A DNA stretch of 55,520 bases, filler included, from Isurus oxyrinchus (GCA_026770705.1; 3 parts of 3 records of this genome joined end to end with filler, not necessarily neighbours in it); one strand, 5' to 3'. Shown: positions 25,040-37,629, numbered from the whole stretch's first letter. Made by a program: numbers and translations. Notes: generated from the letters alone by a model not told the origin.

Positions 25040-28032
25040 CATTCAGAATCAATAATCAAACCCCGATCAGAATCAATAATCAAACCCCGTTCAGAATCAA
25101 TAATCAAACCCCGTTCAGTATCAATAATCAAACCCCGTTCAGTATCAATAATCAAACCCCGTTCAGAATCAATAACCACAACCCGTTCAATATCAATAAT
25201 CAAACCCCGTTCAGAATCAATAATCAAACCCTGTTCAGTATCAATAATCAAACCCCGTTCAGTATCAATAATCAAACCCCATTCAGAATCAATAATCAAA
25301 CCCCGTTCAGAATCAATAATCAAACCCCGTTCAGTATCAATAATCAAACCCCGTTCAGTATCAATAATCAAACCCCGTTCAAAATCAATAATCAAACCCC
25401 ATTCAGGTTCAATAATCAAACATCGTTTAGAATCAATAATCAAACCCCATTCAGTATCAATAATCAAACCCCGTTCAGTATCAATAATCAAACCCCGTTC
25501 AGAATCAATAATCAAACATCATTCAGTATCAATAATCAAACCCCGTTCAGAATTAATAATCAAACCCCGTTCAGTATCAAAAATCAACCCCCTTTCAGAA
25601 TCAATAATCAAACACTGTTCAGAATCAATAATCAAACTCCGTTCAGGTTCAACAATCAAACATCGTTTAGAATCAATAATCAAACCCCGTTCAGAATCAA
25701 TAATCAAACCACGTTCAGAATTAATAATCAAACCCCGTTCAGTATCAATAATCAAACCCCATTCAGAATCAATAATCAAACACCATTCAGTATCAATAAT
25801 CAAACCCCGTTCAGAATTAATAATCAAACCCCGTTCAGAATCAATAATCAAACTCTGTTCAGTATCAATAATCAAACTCCGTTCAGGTTCAATAATCAAA
25901 CACCATTTAGAATCAATAATCAAACCCCGTTCAGTATCAATAATCAAACCCCGTTCAGAATCAATAATCAAACACCATTCAGTATCAATAATCAAACCCC
26001 GTTCAGAATTAATAATCAAACCCCGTTCGGAATCAATAATCAAACCCCGTTCAGTATCAATAATCAACCCCCTTTCAGAATCAGTAATCAAACACTGTTC
26101 AGAATCAATAATCAAACACCGTTCAGTATCAATAATCAAACTCCATTCAGATTCAATAATCAAACACCGTTTAGAATCTATAATCAAACCCCGTTCAGTA
26201 TCAATAATCAACCCCAGTTCAGAATCAATAATCAAACTCCATTCAGGTTCAATAATCAAACAACGTTTAGAATCAATAATCAAACACCATTTCGAATCAA
26301 TAATCAAACCCCGTTCAATGTCAATAATCAAACCCCGTTCAGTATCAATAATCAAACGCCGTTCAGAATCAATAATCAAACCCCGTTCAGTATCAATAAT
26401 CAAACGCCGTTCAGAATCAATAATCAAACCCCGTTCAGTATCAATAATCAAACCCCTTTCAGAATCAATAATCAAACCCCTTTCAGAATCAATAATCAAA
26501 CCCCATTCAGAATCCATAATCAAACCGCTTTCAGAATCCATAATCAAACCCCTTTCAGGATCAATATTCAAACCCTGTTCAGGATCAATAATCAAACCCC
26601 GTTCAGAACCCATAATCAAACCCCTTTCAGAATCAATAATCAAACCCCTTTCAGAATCAATAATCAAACCCCGTTCAGTATCAATAATCAAACCCCGTTC
26701 AGTATCAATAATCAAACCCCGTTCAGTATCAATAATCACACCCCGTTCAGTATCAATAATCAAACCCCGTTCAGAATCAATAATCAAACCCTGTTCAGGA
26801 TCAATAATCAAACCCCGTTCAGAATCAATAATCAAACCCCTTTCAGAATCCATAATCAAATCCCTTTCAGGATCAATAATCAAACCCCATTCAGAATCAA
26901 TAACCAAACCCTGTTCAGAATCAATAATCAAACCCCATTCAGGATCAATAATCAAACCCCGTTCAGGTTCAATAATCAAACACCGTTTAGAATCAATAAT
27001 CAAACCCCGTTCAGTATCAATAATCAAACCCCGTTCAGAATCAATAATCAAACACCATTCAGTATCAATAATCAAACCCTGTTCAGAATTAATAATCAAA
27101 CCCCGTTCGGAATCAATAATCAAACCCCGTTCAGTAACAATAATCAACCCCCTTTGAGAATCAGTAGTCAAACACTGTTCAGAATCAATAATCAAACACC
27201 GTTCAGTATCAATAATCAAACTCCATTCAGATTCAATAATCAAACACCGTTTAGAATCTATAATCAAACCCCGTTCAGTATCAATAATCAACCCCAGTTC
27301 AGAATCAATAATCAAACTCCATTCAGGTTCAATAATCAAACAACGTTTAGAATCAATAATCAAACACCTTTTAGAATCAATAATCAAACCCCGTTCAGTA
27401 TCAATAATCAAACGCCGTTCAGAATCAATAATCAAACCCCGTTCAGTATCAATAATCAAACCCCTTTCAGAATCAATAATCAAACCCCGTTCAGTATCAA
27501 TAATCAAACGCCGTTCAGAATCAATAATCAAACCCCGTTCAGTATCAATAATCAAACCCCTTTCAGAATCAATAATCAAACCCTGTTCAGGATCAATAAT
27601 CAAACCCAGTTCAGAATCCATAATCAAACCCCTTTCAGAATCAATAATCAAACCCCTTTCAGAATCAATAATCAAACCCCGTTCAGTATCAATAATCAAA
27701 CCCCGTTCAGTATCAATAATCACACCCCGTTCAGTATCAATAATCAAACCCCGTTCAGAATCAATAATCAAACCCCATTCAGAATCCATAATCATACCCC
27801 GTTCAGTATCAATAATCAAACCCCATTCAGAATCAATAATCAAACCCTGTTCAGAATCAATAATCAAACCCCTTTCAGGATCAATAATCAAACCCCATTC
27901 AGAATCAATAATCAAACCCTGTTCAGAATCAATAATCAAACCCCTTTCAGGATCAATAATCAAACCCAGTTCAGTATCAATAATCAAACCCCGTTCAGAA
28001 TCAATAATCAAACCCCGTTCAGTATCAATAAT
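25040..28032 (+). repeat. 24-bp minisatellite (TTCAGAATCAATAATCAAACCCCG)n, ~125 copies
   Basis: 24-nt register kept across the whole array; substitutions only, no visible indels. Confidence 0.97.
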
Positions 28033-28130
28033 TAATGTCTCTATTGTGGATGGAATTTTTGATTTGGATCAATAATACTAAACACTGATCACTCTGATTG
28101 TCACTCTGATCATTTCTGTTTCTATTACAG

Positions 28131-28247
28131 AAGAAAGATGAGAAGGATCTGGAAATGAAATCTAACCGCGGAGTCAATCCTGATACAGATGATGATCTTT
28201 ACGCAAACTGTGAATTTGCCAAGGATTCTGTTTATGGGAATTTATAA
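28131..28247 (+). CDS. Terminal cytoplasmic exon with ITIM of the Siglec-like receptor
   Basis: Not in the ORF track. tctattacAG|AAG AAA GAT...; KKDEKDLEMKSNRGVNPDTDDDLYANCEFAKDSVYGNL*. SVYGNL fits (S/I/V/L)xYxx(L/I/V) and sits at the C-terminus. Confidence 0.75.
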   Translation, partial: KKDEKDLEMKSNRGVNPDTDDDLYANCEFAKDSVYGNL

Positions 28248-29364
28248 ACTGAGCAAGAATGAGACACACACAGTGTGGGGAGAATACAGAACGGGAGAAT
28301 CATTCAAAACTCCAATTTACCTTCCTAATATCAACAGGAACTCACTCCCAGGAAATAGATTTAAACCTCTTGTTACAATCTGATGGAATTTCTTCGGAAT
28401 GATCTATCCTGGATGATTGTCTGTGGGTTTCCATTCGAACATCCTCCTTCAGATTTGTCCCTCACTGTTGGAAACATCCTTCTCTCCAATCTGATTGTAA
28501 ATGTTTTTAGATATCGTTCGATGATGTACCAGGACAGAACGGACAAATTCAATCCCGTGTCCATGATTATGAGTTAATTTTCATTCTGTTATTCACCTTC
28601 CTGTCTGTCAGTGTTTAGAATATTCATCAGCCAGTGTAGACTTCAGGAAATGCAGCATCGGTGGATAATTGGAGCAGAGGAGATTGTTAAAATTTACTCA
28701 CCATTTTGTAGTCAAAAGTATTTTCAGAAATATATTTGGATTTTACACTTCATCGTTAAACAGCGAAACGAACAACAACCTGGGAAACAGGGAAGCAATT
28801 TGATTGGAGATTTGAGAAATTCTCTGCAGCTCAGAGGATAACAGATGTGCTACAGTGCCACCACTGGTGGGAGTTCATCAGTACAACGTGACATGTTTAC
28901 ATTGATATAGCCAATGAACATAGGAAATTATGATGTGAAAATTTGGTTGCAGGTTTACCTTCTTCAATATGTCATGGATGGATGAGACAGCTTTGATAAC
29001 AGAATGAGACAGAGCTGCAATAAACCACCATTTTAGTCTTTCACACTTGGAGAGTACAATTAGCATCCATCCTGAAGGCTGAGTGGATGGGTGGACTGTG
29101 CGATGTGTTACAGATTACAGAGACCAACATCCTTGATCCTGTTTCCGCTCTGTGTTTGATGAGATGCTTGGATCAAAGATTGGGAAAATAAATAATCCTC
29201 CTGCATTGATCTGTATCTGGTCTCTCCCTCTATCAGTGTCCTGAGGACAGAATTGGGTTCCATGTCCAAAATCAGACACATGCTTTGACTGCCCATTGAA
29301 TCGGAACAGGAGGAGGTCATTCAGCCCCCTCGAACCTGCTACACAGGAACAAGAGGGCACCTGA

Positions 29365-29575
29365 TACAAAAACAGAAATGCTGGAGACTGAGTAGGTCTG
29401 GCAGCATCTGTGCAGAGATAAACAGAATTAACATTTCGAGTCCGTATGACCCTTCTTCAGAGTCTCAAAGCAAAAACTCTGTTTCTCTCTCCACAGCTGC
29501 TGCCAGACCTGCTGAGTTAATGCAGCATTTTCTGATTTTATTTAGATTTACAGCGTCTGCAGTATTTATTTTTAA
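29365..29575. mobile_element. Inverted pair of Penelope-type terminal sequences
   Basis: AATGCTGG..GGTCTGGCAGCATCTGTG followed by its reverse complement CACAGCTGCTGCCAGACCTGCTGAG..CAGCATT; similar to 30310-30410. Confidence 0.6.
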
Positions 29576-29579
29576 TGAG

Positions 29580-31870
29580 AGGAGGACATTCAGCAGCTCA
29601 AGCCTGTTACACAGGAACAGGAGGAGGCCCCATTCAGCCCCCTCAAGCCTGTTACACAGGAACAGGAGGAGGCCCATTCGGCCCCTCAAGCCTGTTACAC
29701 AGGAACAGGAGGAGGCCCATTCAGCCCCTTGAGCCTGTTACACAGGAACAGGAGGAGGCCCATTCAGGCCCTCGAGCTTGTTACACAGGAACAGGAGGAG
29801 GCCCATTCAGCCCCTCGAGCCTGTTACACAGGAACAGGAGGAGGCCCATTCAGGCCCTCGAGCTTGTTACACAGGAACAGGAGGAGGCCCATTCAGCCCC
29901 ATGAGCCTGTTACACAGGAACAGGAGGAGGCCCATTCAGCCCCTCGAGCCTGTTGCACAGGAACAGGAGGAGGCCCATTCAGCCACTCAATCCTGTTACA
30001 TGAGGACAGGAGAAGGCCCATCAGCCTCATGAGCCTATTACACAGGAACAGGAAGAGGACATTCAGTCCCTCAACACCCTTCCACAGGAACAGGAGAGAC
30101 TCTCAGCCCCTCGAGCCTGTTACACAGGAACAGGAGGAGGCCCATTCAGCCCCCTCGAGCCTGTTACACAGGAACAGGAGGAGGCCCATTCTGTCCCCTC
30201 GAGCCTGTTACACAGGAAGAGGAGGCCCATTCAGCCTCCACAAGCTTGTTACACAGGAACATTAGGGGCTCCATTCAGCCACTCAAGCCTGCTCCACATG
30301 AACGGGAACAAACACAAAAATAGCTGGAAAAACTCAGCAGGTCTGACAGGATCTGCGGAGAGGAACACACTTGACGTTTTGGGTCTGTATGACTCTTCAT
30401 CAGAACTAAGGGAATCGAGAAATGAGGTGACGTTTTAGCTGGTAGAGGGGGTGGGACAGGTAGAGCTGGATTGTGGGCCAGTGATAGGTGGAGGTAAAGA
30501 AGAGGTTGCCAAAGATGTGATAGACAAAAGGACAAAGGGGTGTTGACGGTGGTGATATTATCTGAGGAATGTGCTAATGGGGACATTAAGGGTAGAAAGC
30601 AGGACGAGCAAGAGACAGATAGTCCTAGTGGGGGTGGGGTGGGGGGAAAGGATTGAAATAGGCTAAAAGGTAGAGATACAACAACAGATGTAAAACATTT
30701 AAAAATAATGGAAATAGGTGGGAAAAGAAAAATATATAAATAAAATAAATATTAAAAATGATAAATTAATGGAAAAGGGAGATTGGAAAGGGGGTGGGGA
30801 TGGAGGAGAGAGTTCATGATCTGAAATTGTTGAACTCAATATTCAGTCGGGAAGGCTGTAAAGTGCCAGGTCGGAAGATGAGGTGCTGTTCCTCCAGTTT
30901 GTGTTGGGCTTCACTGGAACAATGCAGCAGGCCAAGGACGGACATGTGGGCATGAGAGCAGGGTGGGGTGTTAAAATGGCAAGCGACAGGGAGGTCTGGG
31001 TCATGCTTGCGGACAGACCAAAGGTGTTCATCAGAGCGATCACCCAGTCTGTGTTTGGTCTGTCCCATGTAGAGGAGACCACATTGGGAGCAGTGAAGGC
31101 AGTAGATTAAATTGAGGGAAGTGCAAGTGAAATGCTGCTTCCAATGATGCTCCTAATGTACTCGAGCCTGGTACACAGGAACTGGGGAAGGCCAATTCAG
31201 CCCCTTTAGCCTTTTACACAGGAACAGGAGGAGGCCCACTCAGCCCCTCGAGCCTATAACACAGGAACAGGAGGAGGCCCACTCAGCCCCATGAGCCTGT
31301 TACACAGGAACAGGAGGAGGCCCACTCAGCCCCCTCAAGCTTGTTACACAGGAACAGGAGGAGGCCCACTCAGCCCCATGAGCCTGGTACACAGTGAGAG
31401 AAGGAGGCCATTCAGCCCCCCTGAGCCTGTTGCACAGGAAAAGGAGGAGGCCCATTCAGCCCCTCGAGCTTATTACCCAGGGATAGGAGGACGCCCATTC
31501 AGCCCCTCGAGCCTGTTACACAGGAACAGGAGGAGGCCAATCCGGACACTCGAGCCTGTTACACAAGGACAGGGGGAGGTCCATTCAGCCCCTCGAGCCT
31601 GTTACACAGGAACAGGAGGAGGCACATTCAGCCCTGCCAAAAACTGTTACACAGGAACAGGAGGAGGCATAATCAGCCACACAATCATGTCACACTGCGA
31701 CAGGAGGATACCCATTTAGCGCCCTTGAGCCTGTTACACAGGAATAGGAGGAGGCCATTCAGCCCCATCAAGCCCATTGCACAGGAACAGGTGGGGGCTC
31801 ATTCAGCCCCTCGAGCCTGTTACACAGGAACAGGAGGAGGCCCATTCAGCCCCTCGAGCTTGTTGCATGT
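29580..31870 (+). repeat. ~43-bp minisatellite (CCTGTTACACAGGAACAGGAGGAGGCCCATTCAGCCCCTCGAG)n, split by a Penelope insertion
   Basis: Two blocks, ~29580-30300 and ~31165-31870. Confidence 0.92.
30310..31140 (-). mobile_element. 5'-truncated Penelope-like element (GIY-YIG endonuclease end + 3' region)
   Basis: MGQTKHRLGDRSDEH...PVACHFN...LEEQHLIFRPGTLQPSRLNIEF resembles the C-terminus of Penelope GIY-YIG domains. Confidence 0.85.
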
Positions 31871-32194
31871 GAACAGTCAATGGCCCTTCAACCACATTCT
31901 TGGCACGCAAAGGGTTAACAGTTTTCTAACAGTGCGAGGCAAAGAGCTGCTTTCTCACTTGGTACCAAGCACTTCCTCATTTTGACTCACAGTGACACAT
32001 CCACCCTTTCTAATTAAACACAAATAGGGAGCAGCACAGGAAGAGGTCATTCAGCCCAAGCAGAGCGTGTGGGCAGTTCCTCTCCAGGCGAGCAGTCGGA
32101 CAGGTCCTGGGTAAGTAACGGAATGATTGGAAATCATGGGGGCAGTTCTGAGAGCTCCTAATCCATTGTCCTGTCTTGTAAATCAGCACCTTAA

Positions 32195-32425
32195 TACTGA
32201 CCCTTCAACAGTGCGGCACTCCCTCAGTACTGATCCTCCAACAGTGCAGCACTCCCTGATTAATGTCCCTCTGACAGTGCAGCACTGCCTCAGTACTCAC
32301 CCTCCAATAGTGGAGATCTCCCTCAGTACTGACCTTACAATAGTGCAACACATGCTCTGTAATGACCATCCGACAGTGCAGCACTCCCTCAGTACTGACC
32401 CTCCGACAGTGCAGCACTCTCTCAG
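32195..32425 (+). repeat. 33-bp minisatellite (ACAGTGCAGCACTCCCTCAGTACTGACCCTCCG)n
   Basis: About 7 copies; same unit as 35430-37415. Confidence 0.9.
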
Positions 32426-33867
32426 AATATGGAAATTCTAAAGTCTATTACAGACATTCAGATGCATAGAGGCTCTCACAGATACTCTCTGCCTCTCCAA
32501 CTCTCTCTCTCCCTTTAAGAAGCTTCCTGAAAGCTAACCCTTCGAACAATCACCGGTCCCAAATCCTCCTTATCTGAATCTGTGTGACTTTGTTTGTGTA
32601 TCAGAGAAAAAGAGAGATGTGGAGAGGTTTAGGAAGAGAATTCCTGCTGGCGAAAAGCTTACATCATTTACTCACCATTCCAGTGCACATATTTCCCAGT
32701 ATGTCCAATGCCTCTGTTTATAATGATGACTGCCTATGTAAACGTCACGCTGTAGTTACAGTCTCCCACCAGTGGTGGCATTGTAGCCCTTAATCCTTGT
32801 GTTTCCCAGCTTTTCAAGCAACTCCACTTCCCAGTTTGCTACACAAGCTGTGAGTTCATCAGAATTCAATTATTTCTCAAACGGTAGATTTGATGTCATT
32901 TTATTGAAAACTTCCTCAGTACCTCCCTGAAGGGTTTACACTCTCTGGGAAGCAGGAATAGGCTGGATGTTGGGGAGTTCATCTTTTCCCAGAGAGTAGT
33001 GATCCTTGGGAATGTGCTGTCAGTGGGTGTGGTAGTTCCTGTTTCTCTGTCACCTTCAAGAGGGATCTGGAGTGGTTACTGACTGGGGGAGAGATCATGG
33101 AAGCGGAGAATGGTACAGCACAGGAGGAGGCCATTCAGCCCATTGAGGCTGTGCCAGGTCTTTCAATGTTCTATCCAATCAGATCCACTAACCACCACTC
33201 CACTTTACCCCATCTTCCTCCTTCAAGTGTTTATCCAATTTCCCTTTTGAAAGTTCCTATTGAATCTGCTTCCACCGCCCTTTCAGGCAGCACCTTCCAG
33301 ATCACAACAACTCGCTCTGTCAAAACAAATTCTCCTCATCTCCCCCTCCAGTTGGTCAATCTGTGTCCCTCTGGTTACCGACCCTCCTGCCCCTTAAATA
33401 CATCGATACTGTTCACCTCAACCACTCCCTGTGGGAGTGAGTTCCACATTCTCCCCTCTCTCTGGGTAAAGATTGGAACTGTTTATTAAGCGGGGGGTGT
33501 AAGTCCGTGGGGGAGTCCATCTCGATTCTGCCCGATTCGCACACGCATCCGAGATGGATTTCCACCCTGCACTAAACGTTTCCAGAATTTTCTACAGCAC
33601 AATCCTGTACACAGCGATGGAGAGAAACATTGGACAGGGAGTCCAACAGCACAATGATCCATTCTCACCAATGTTCCACGCTAAGGGGAAAGTTCCGATT
33701 GTCCACTCTTAGAGTGTTTACAATGAAAACATTCATTCCACATTGAATCCCAGTGGATGGGTCAATATTACAGCAAATGTTGCAGTGATATGAAGCTTGA
33801 TTGTTCAGCCAGAGTGAGAGATTGAAAGCGGAGAGTCAGTGATGATTTCTTTCTGTGTGTTCTCTAG

Positions 33868-34007
33868 ACAGTGGAGGAGAGATTCTGCACGTGTTCCTGA
33901 TCCTGGGAATACGAGCTGTGATATTCCTTGTGGCTGTGGTTATCACTATCGCTGGAGTCTGTGTCTGGGAGAGACAAACAGTGAAAGGAAGTCGACAGAC
34001 TGTTTGA
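33868..34007 (+). CDS. Transmembrane exon B: activating-type TM (intramembrane Arg) with short tail and stop
   Basis: This frame is not in the ORF track. ttctttctgtgtgttctctAG|AC AGT GGA..., phase 1. SGGEILHVFLILGIRAVIFLVAVVITIAGVCVWERQTVKGSRQTV*. Confidence 0.75.
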
Positions 34008-34129
34008 AGCTTTGTACAGCAACAATCTGGTCAGTCAGTGCGGACAAATAACGTGTGATGTTGTGTTAAGTTGTAATGAAACTGGTCAGTGTCCTGGTTA
34101 GAATCACCTTCGTATCAGAGAGGCATTCC

Positions 34130-34710
34130 AGCACAGTAGGAGACCATTCAGCCCATTAAGTCCATGCTGTCTCTCTGTAGAGCAATCCAGTCAGTCCCAT
34201 TCCCCCTCTCTATCCCTGTATCTCTACAAGTGTCCATCCAATTTCCTTTTGAAATCATTCATCGTCTCCGCTTCCACCATCCTCGTAGGCAGCGAGTTCC
34301 AGCTCATTACCACTCGCTGTGTAAAAAAGTTCCTCCTCACATCCCCCTCTGTCCAAAACCTTCAATCTGTGTCCCCCAGTCCTTGTCCCATCAGCTAATG
34401 GCAACAGCTTCTCTTTGTCTACCGTATGTAAACCCATCATCATCTTGTACACCTCGATCAGATCCCCCCTCAATCTCCTTTGCTCCAAGGAGAACAACCC
34501 CAGCTTCTCCAACCCAACCTTGTAGCTAAAATCCCTCATCCCTGGACCCATTCTGCTCAATCTCCTCCCCACCCTCTCAAGGACCCTCACTTCATTCCCA
34601 AAGTGAGGAGACCAGAACTGGACACAATAGTCTAGTTGTGACCTAACCAGAGCTTTATAAATGTTCAGCATAACCTCCCTGTGTTTGTACTCAATGCCTC
34701 GATTTATGAA
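34130..34710 (-). mobile_element. CR1 LINE 3' end
   Basis: YKALVRSQLDYCVQFWSPH, LGLFSLEQRRLRGDLIEVYKMM. Confidence 0.9.
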
Positions 34711-35429
34711 AAGCTTATTCTTTCCATCAGCACAAACAGCAATTTCCAAGCGGACTCCCATCAGCAGACAGAGTGCAATGAAACATCGGCATGCCTGCTT
34801 CTTAATGTACGGAGAGAAACCTGGAACGAGAGATTCTCCTTCTTCTCCTCAGCAAGCTGAAACTTTTCCTTATACCTGGTGCTCCCCAGTCCTGCTGTGT
34901 GGACACATCATACCACGGCATTGTCTGGCTGTGTGCAGCCAACATGGTCGAATAGGAATGAACAGAAATGTGACATTGCTAAACTCTGTTCTCTGATTGG
35001 AATGAGCTTTCTGAATGCTGCACCTTTTTCATGCTGCGATAGATTGTAAGAAGCATTTGGGTTATGAATAAAATTACATTGATTAACACAAGTGATTAAA
35101 ATGTTCAGGCTTTTCTGTAGATACTTATGGATTAAAATTCTTATTTTGCTGCCAGATTCTTGGCTCAAAGACATTATTTCATGTTGTCACTTTTTCCAGT
35201 CTGATGAATTCCTGTGGCCATCTGTATAATGGAAATTTTCAATGTAAACACGTCACATTGCAGCTGCACACTCCTGCCAGTGGTGGTGCCATTCCAAAAC
35301 TGTCTTGCTGCACCAACACAGTGAGAATTATTCTCGACATGTACATGATGTTGTTATTACACAGACATCAGGCGGAATCTTGGGCTGTGCCTAGAATGCA
35401 CTTAGGACATTGCAGACCACGCACAGAAC

Positions 35430-37415
35430 TGACAGTGCAGCGTTTCCTCAATCCTGACCCTCGGTCAGTGCAGCGCTCCCTCATTACTGTCCCTCTGACA
35501 GTGCTGCACTACCTCATTATTGACCCTTTTCAAGTGCAGCACCCTGTCAGCACTGACCTTCTGACAGTGCAGCACACCCTCATGGCTGACAATCTGACAG
35601 TGCAGCACTCCCTCAGTACTCATCCACCCACAGTGCAGCACTCTCTCAGTACTGATCCTCTGACACTGTATCCCTCCCTCACTACTGACCTTCCGACAGT
35701 TCAGCACTCCCACGGTACACACCTTCTGACAGTGCAGCACTCCCTCATTACAGACTCTCTGACAGTGCAGCACTCCCACAGTGCTAACCCTCCCACAGCG
35801 CAGCCCTCTCTCAGTACTCACCCTCCCACAGTGCAGCACTCCCTCAGTACTCACCCTCCCTCGGTGCTGTTCGAGTTGATTCAATCAAGACTGGTGCCCA
35901 AAGAGGGAGGTTTCAATGCTAAATCATTGAAATCCGTGAAAATTATTTTTAGGCTTATGGGAACAAGACTTAGTTCCTCAAATCCTTTCTTTTGCAATAA
36001 CACACAGTACAAGAATTCTGTTTAAATAAATTCCAGTTAAACTTTGCCATGAAAGGATATCTCCTCACACTCCACTCTACCTCAGTACTAACCCTCCCAC
36101 AGTCCGGCCCCCCCTCAATACTGACCCTCTGACTGTGCGGAACTCACTCAGTACTGACCCTCCGACAGTGCAGCACTCCCACATTACTTACCCTCTGATA
36201 GTGCAGCGCTCCCTCATTACTGACCCTCTGACAGTGCAGCACTCCCTCATTACTGACCCTCTGACAGTGCAGCACTCCCTCATTTCCGACCCTCTGACAG
36301 TGCAGCACTCCCTCGGTACAGACGCACTGACAGTGCAGCACTCCCTCAGTACTCAGCTTCCCACAGTGCAGACATCCCTCTGTACTCAACTTCCCACAGT
36401 GCAGCACTCCCTCAATTCTCACCCTCCCACAGTGCAGCACTCTCTCAGTACTGACCCTCCCACAGTGCAGCCATCCCTCTGTACTCAACTTCCCACAGTG
36501 CAGCACTCCCTCAATTCTCACCCTCCCACAGTGCAGCCCTCCCTCTGTACACACCCTCCCACAGTGCAGCACTCCCTCAGTACTCACCTTCCCACAGTGC
36601 AGCACTCCCTCATTACTGATCCTCTGACAGTGCAGCACTCCCTCAGTACTCCCCCTCCCACAGTGCAGCACTCCCTCAGTACTCACCCTCCCACAGTGCT
36701 GTGCGAGTTGTTTCAATCAAGACTGGTGCACAAAGAGGGAGGTTTCAATGCTAAATCATTGAAATCGATGAAAATTATTTTTAGGCTTACGGGAACAAGA
36801 CATAGTTCCTCAAATCCTTTCTTTTGCAATAACACACAGTACAAGAATTCTGTTTAAATAAATTCCAGTTAAACTTTGCCATGAAAGGATATCTTCTCAC
36901 ACTCCGCTCTACCTCAGCACTAACCCTCCCACAGTCTGGCACCCCCTCAATACTGACCCTCCGACTGTGCGGAACTCACTCAGTGCAGACAATCTGACAG
37001 TGCAGCACTCCCTCATTACTGACCCTGTGACAGTGCAGCACTCCCTCAGTACTGAACCTCCGACAGTGCAGCACTCCCTCAGTACTGACCATCTGACAGT
37101 GCAGCACTCCCTCAGTACTGAACCTCTGACCGTGCAGCACTCCCTCATTACTGACCCTCTGACAGTGCAGCACTCCCACATTACTGACCCTCTGACAGTG
37201 CAGCACTCCCTCATTACTGACCCTCTGACAGTGCAGCAATCCCACATTACTGACCCTCTGACAGTGCAGCACTCCCTCATTACTGACCTTCTGACAGTGC
37301 AGCACTCTCCCATTACTGACCCTCTGATAGTGCAGCACTCCCACATTACTGACCCTCACACAGTGCAGCACTCCCACAGTAGATTCCCGCTGACAGTGCA
37401 GCATTCCCTCCGTAA
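35430..37415 (+). repeat. Three blocks of the 33-bp minisatellite separated by a duplicated ~220-bp spacer
   Basis: Spacer ~35864-36080 nearly identical to ~36696-36912 (offset 832). Confidence 0.9.
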
Positions 37416-37629
37416 TGATAACAGGGATCGTTGAAATGTATCATAAGGCCAGAGACCTGTATTGGGGACTCTATCGCCTGAGTTTCAGCCTCAGTGGTGA
37501 GGGGGAGGAGTCTAATCCCACGGAGCCAATGGAGAAGCTTCATGACTACAGCTGCCCAAATATGAGCTGACAGATCACACATGGTAAACGTTTTGCTGAG
37601 AGCACAAAACATCCTCGATCTTCTCACTG

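Noticed and set aside
25519-28011. 830-aa minus-strand ORF (LIIDSERG)n and 721-aa (SESIIKPR)n ORF
   Set aside because: By-products of a 24-nt unit that is stop-free in several frames
25040-28032. CRISPR-like array
   Set aside because: Contiguous tandem units without unique spacers, in a vertebrate context
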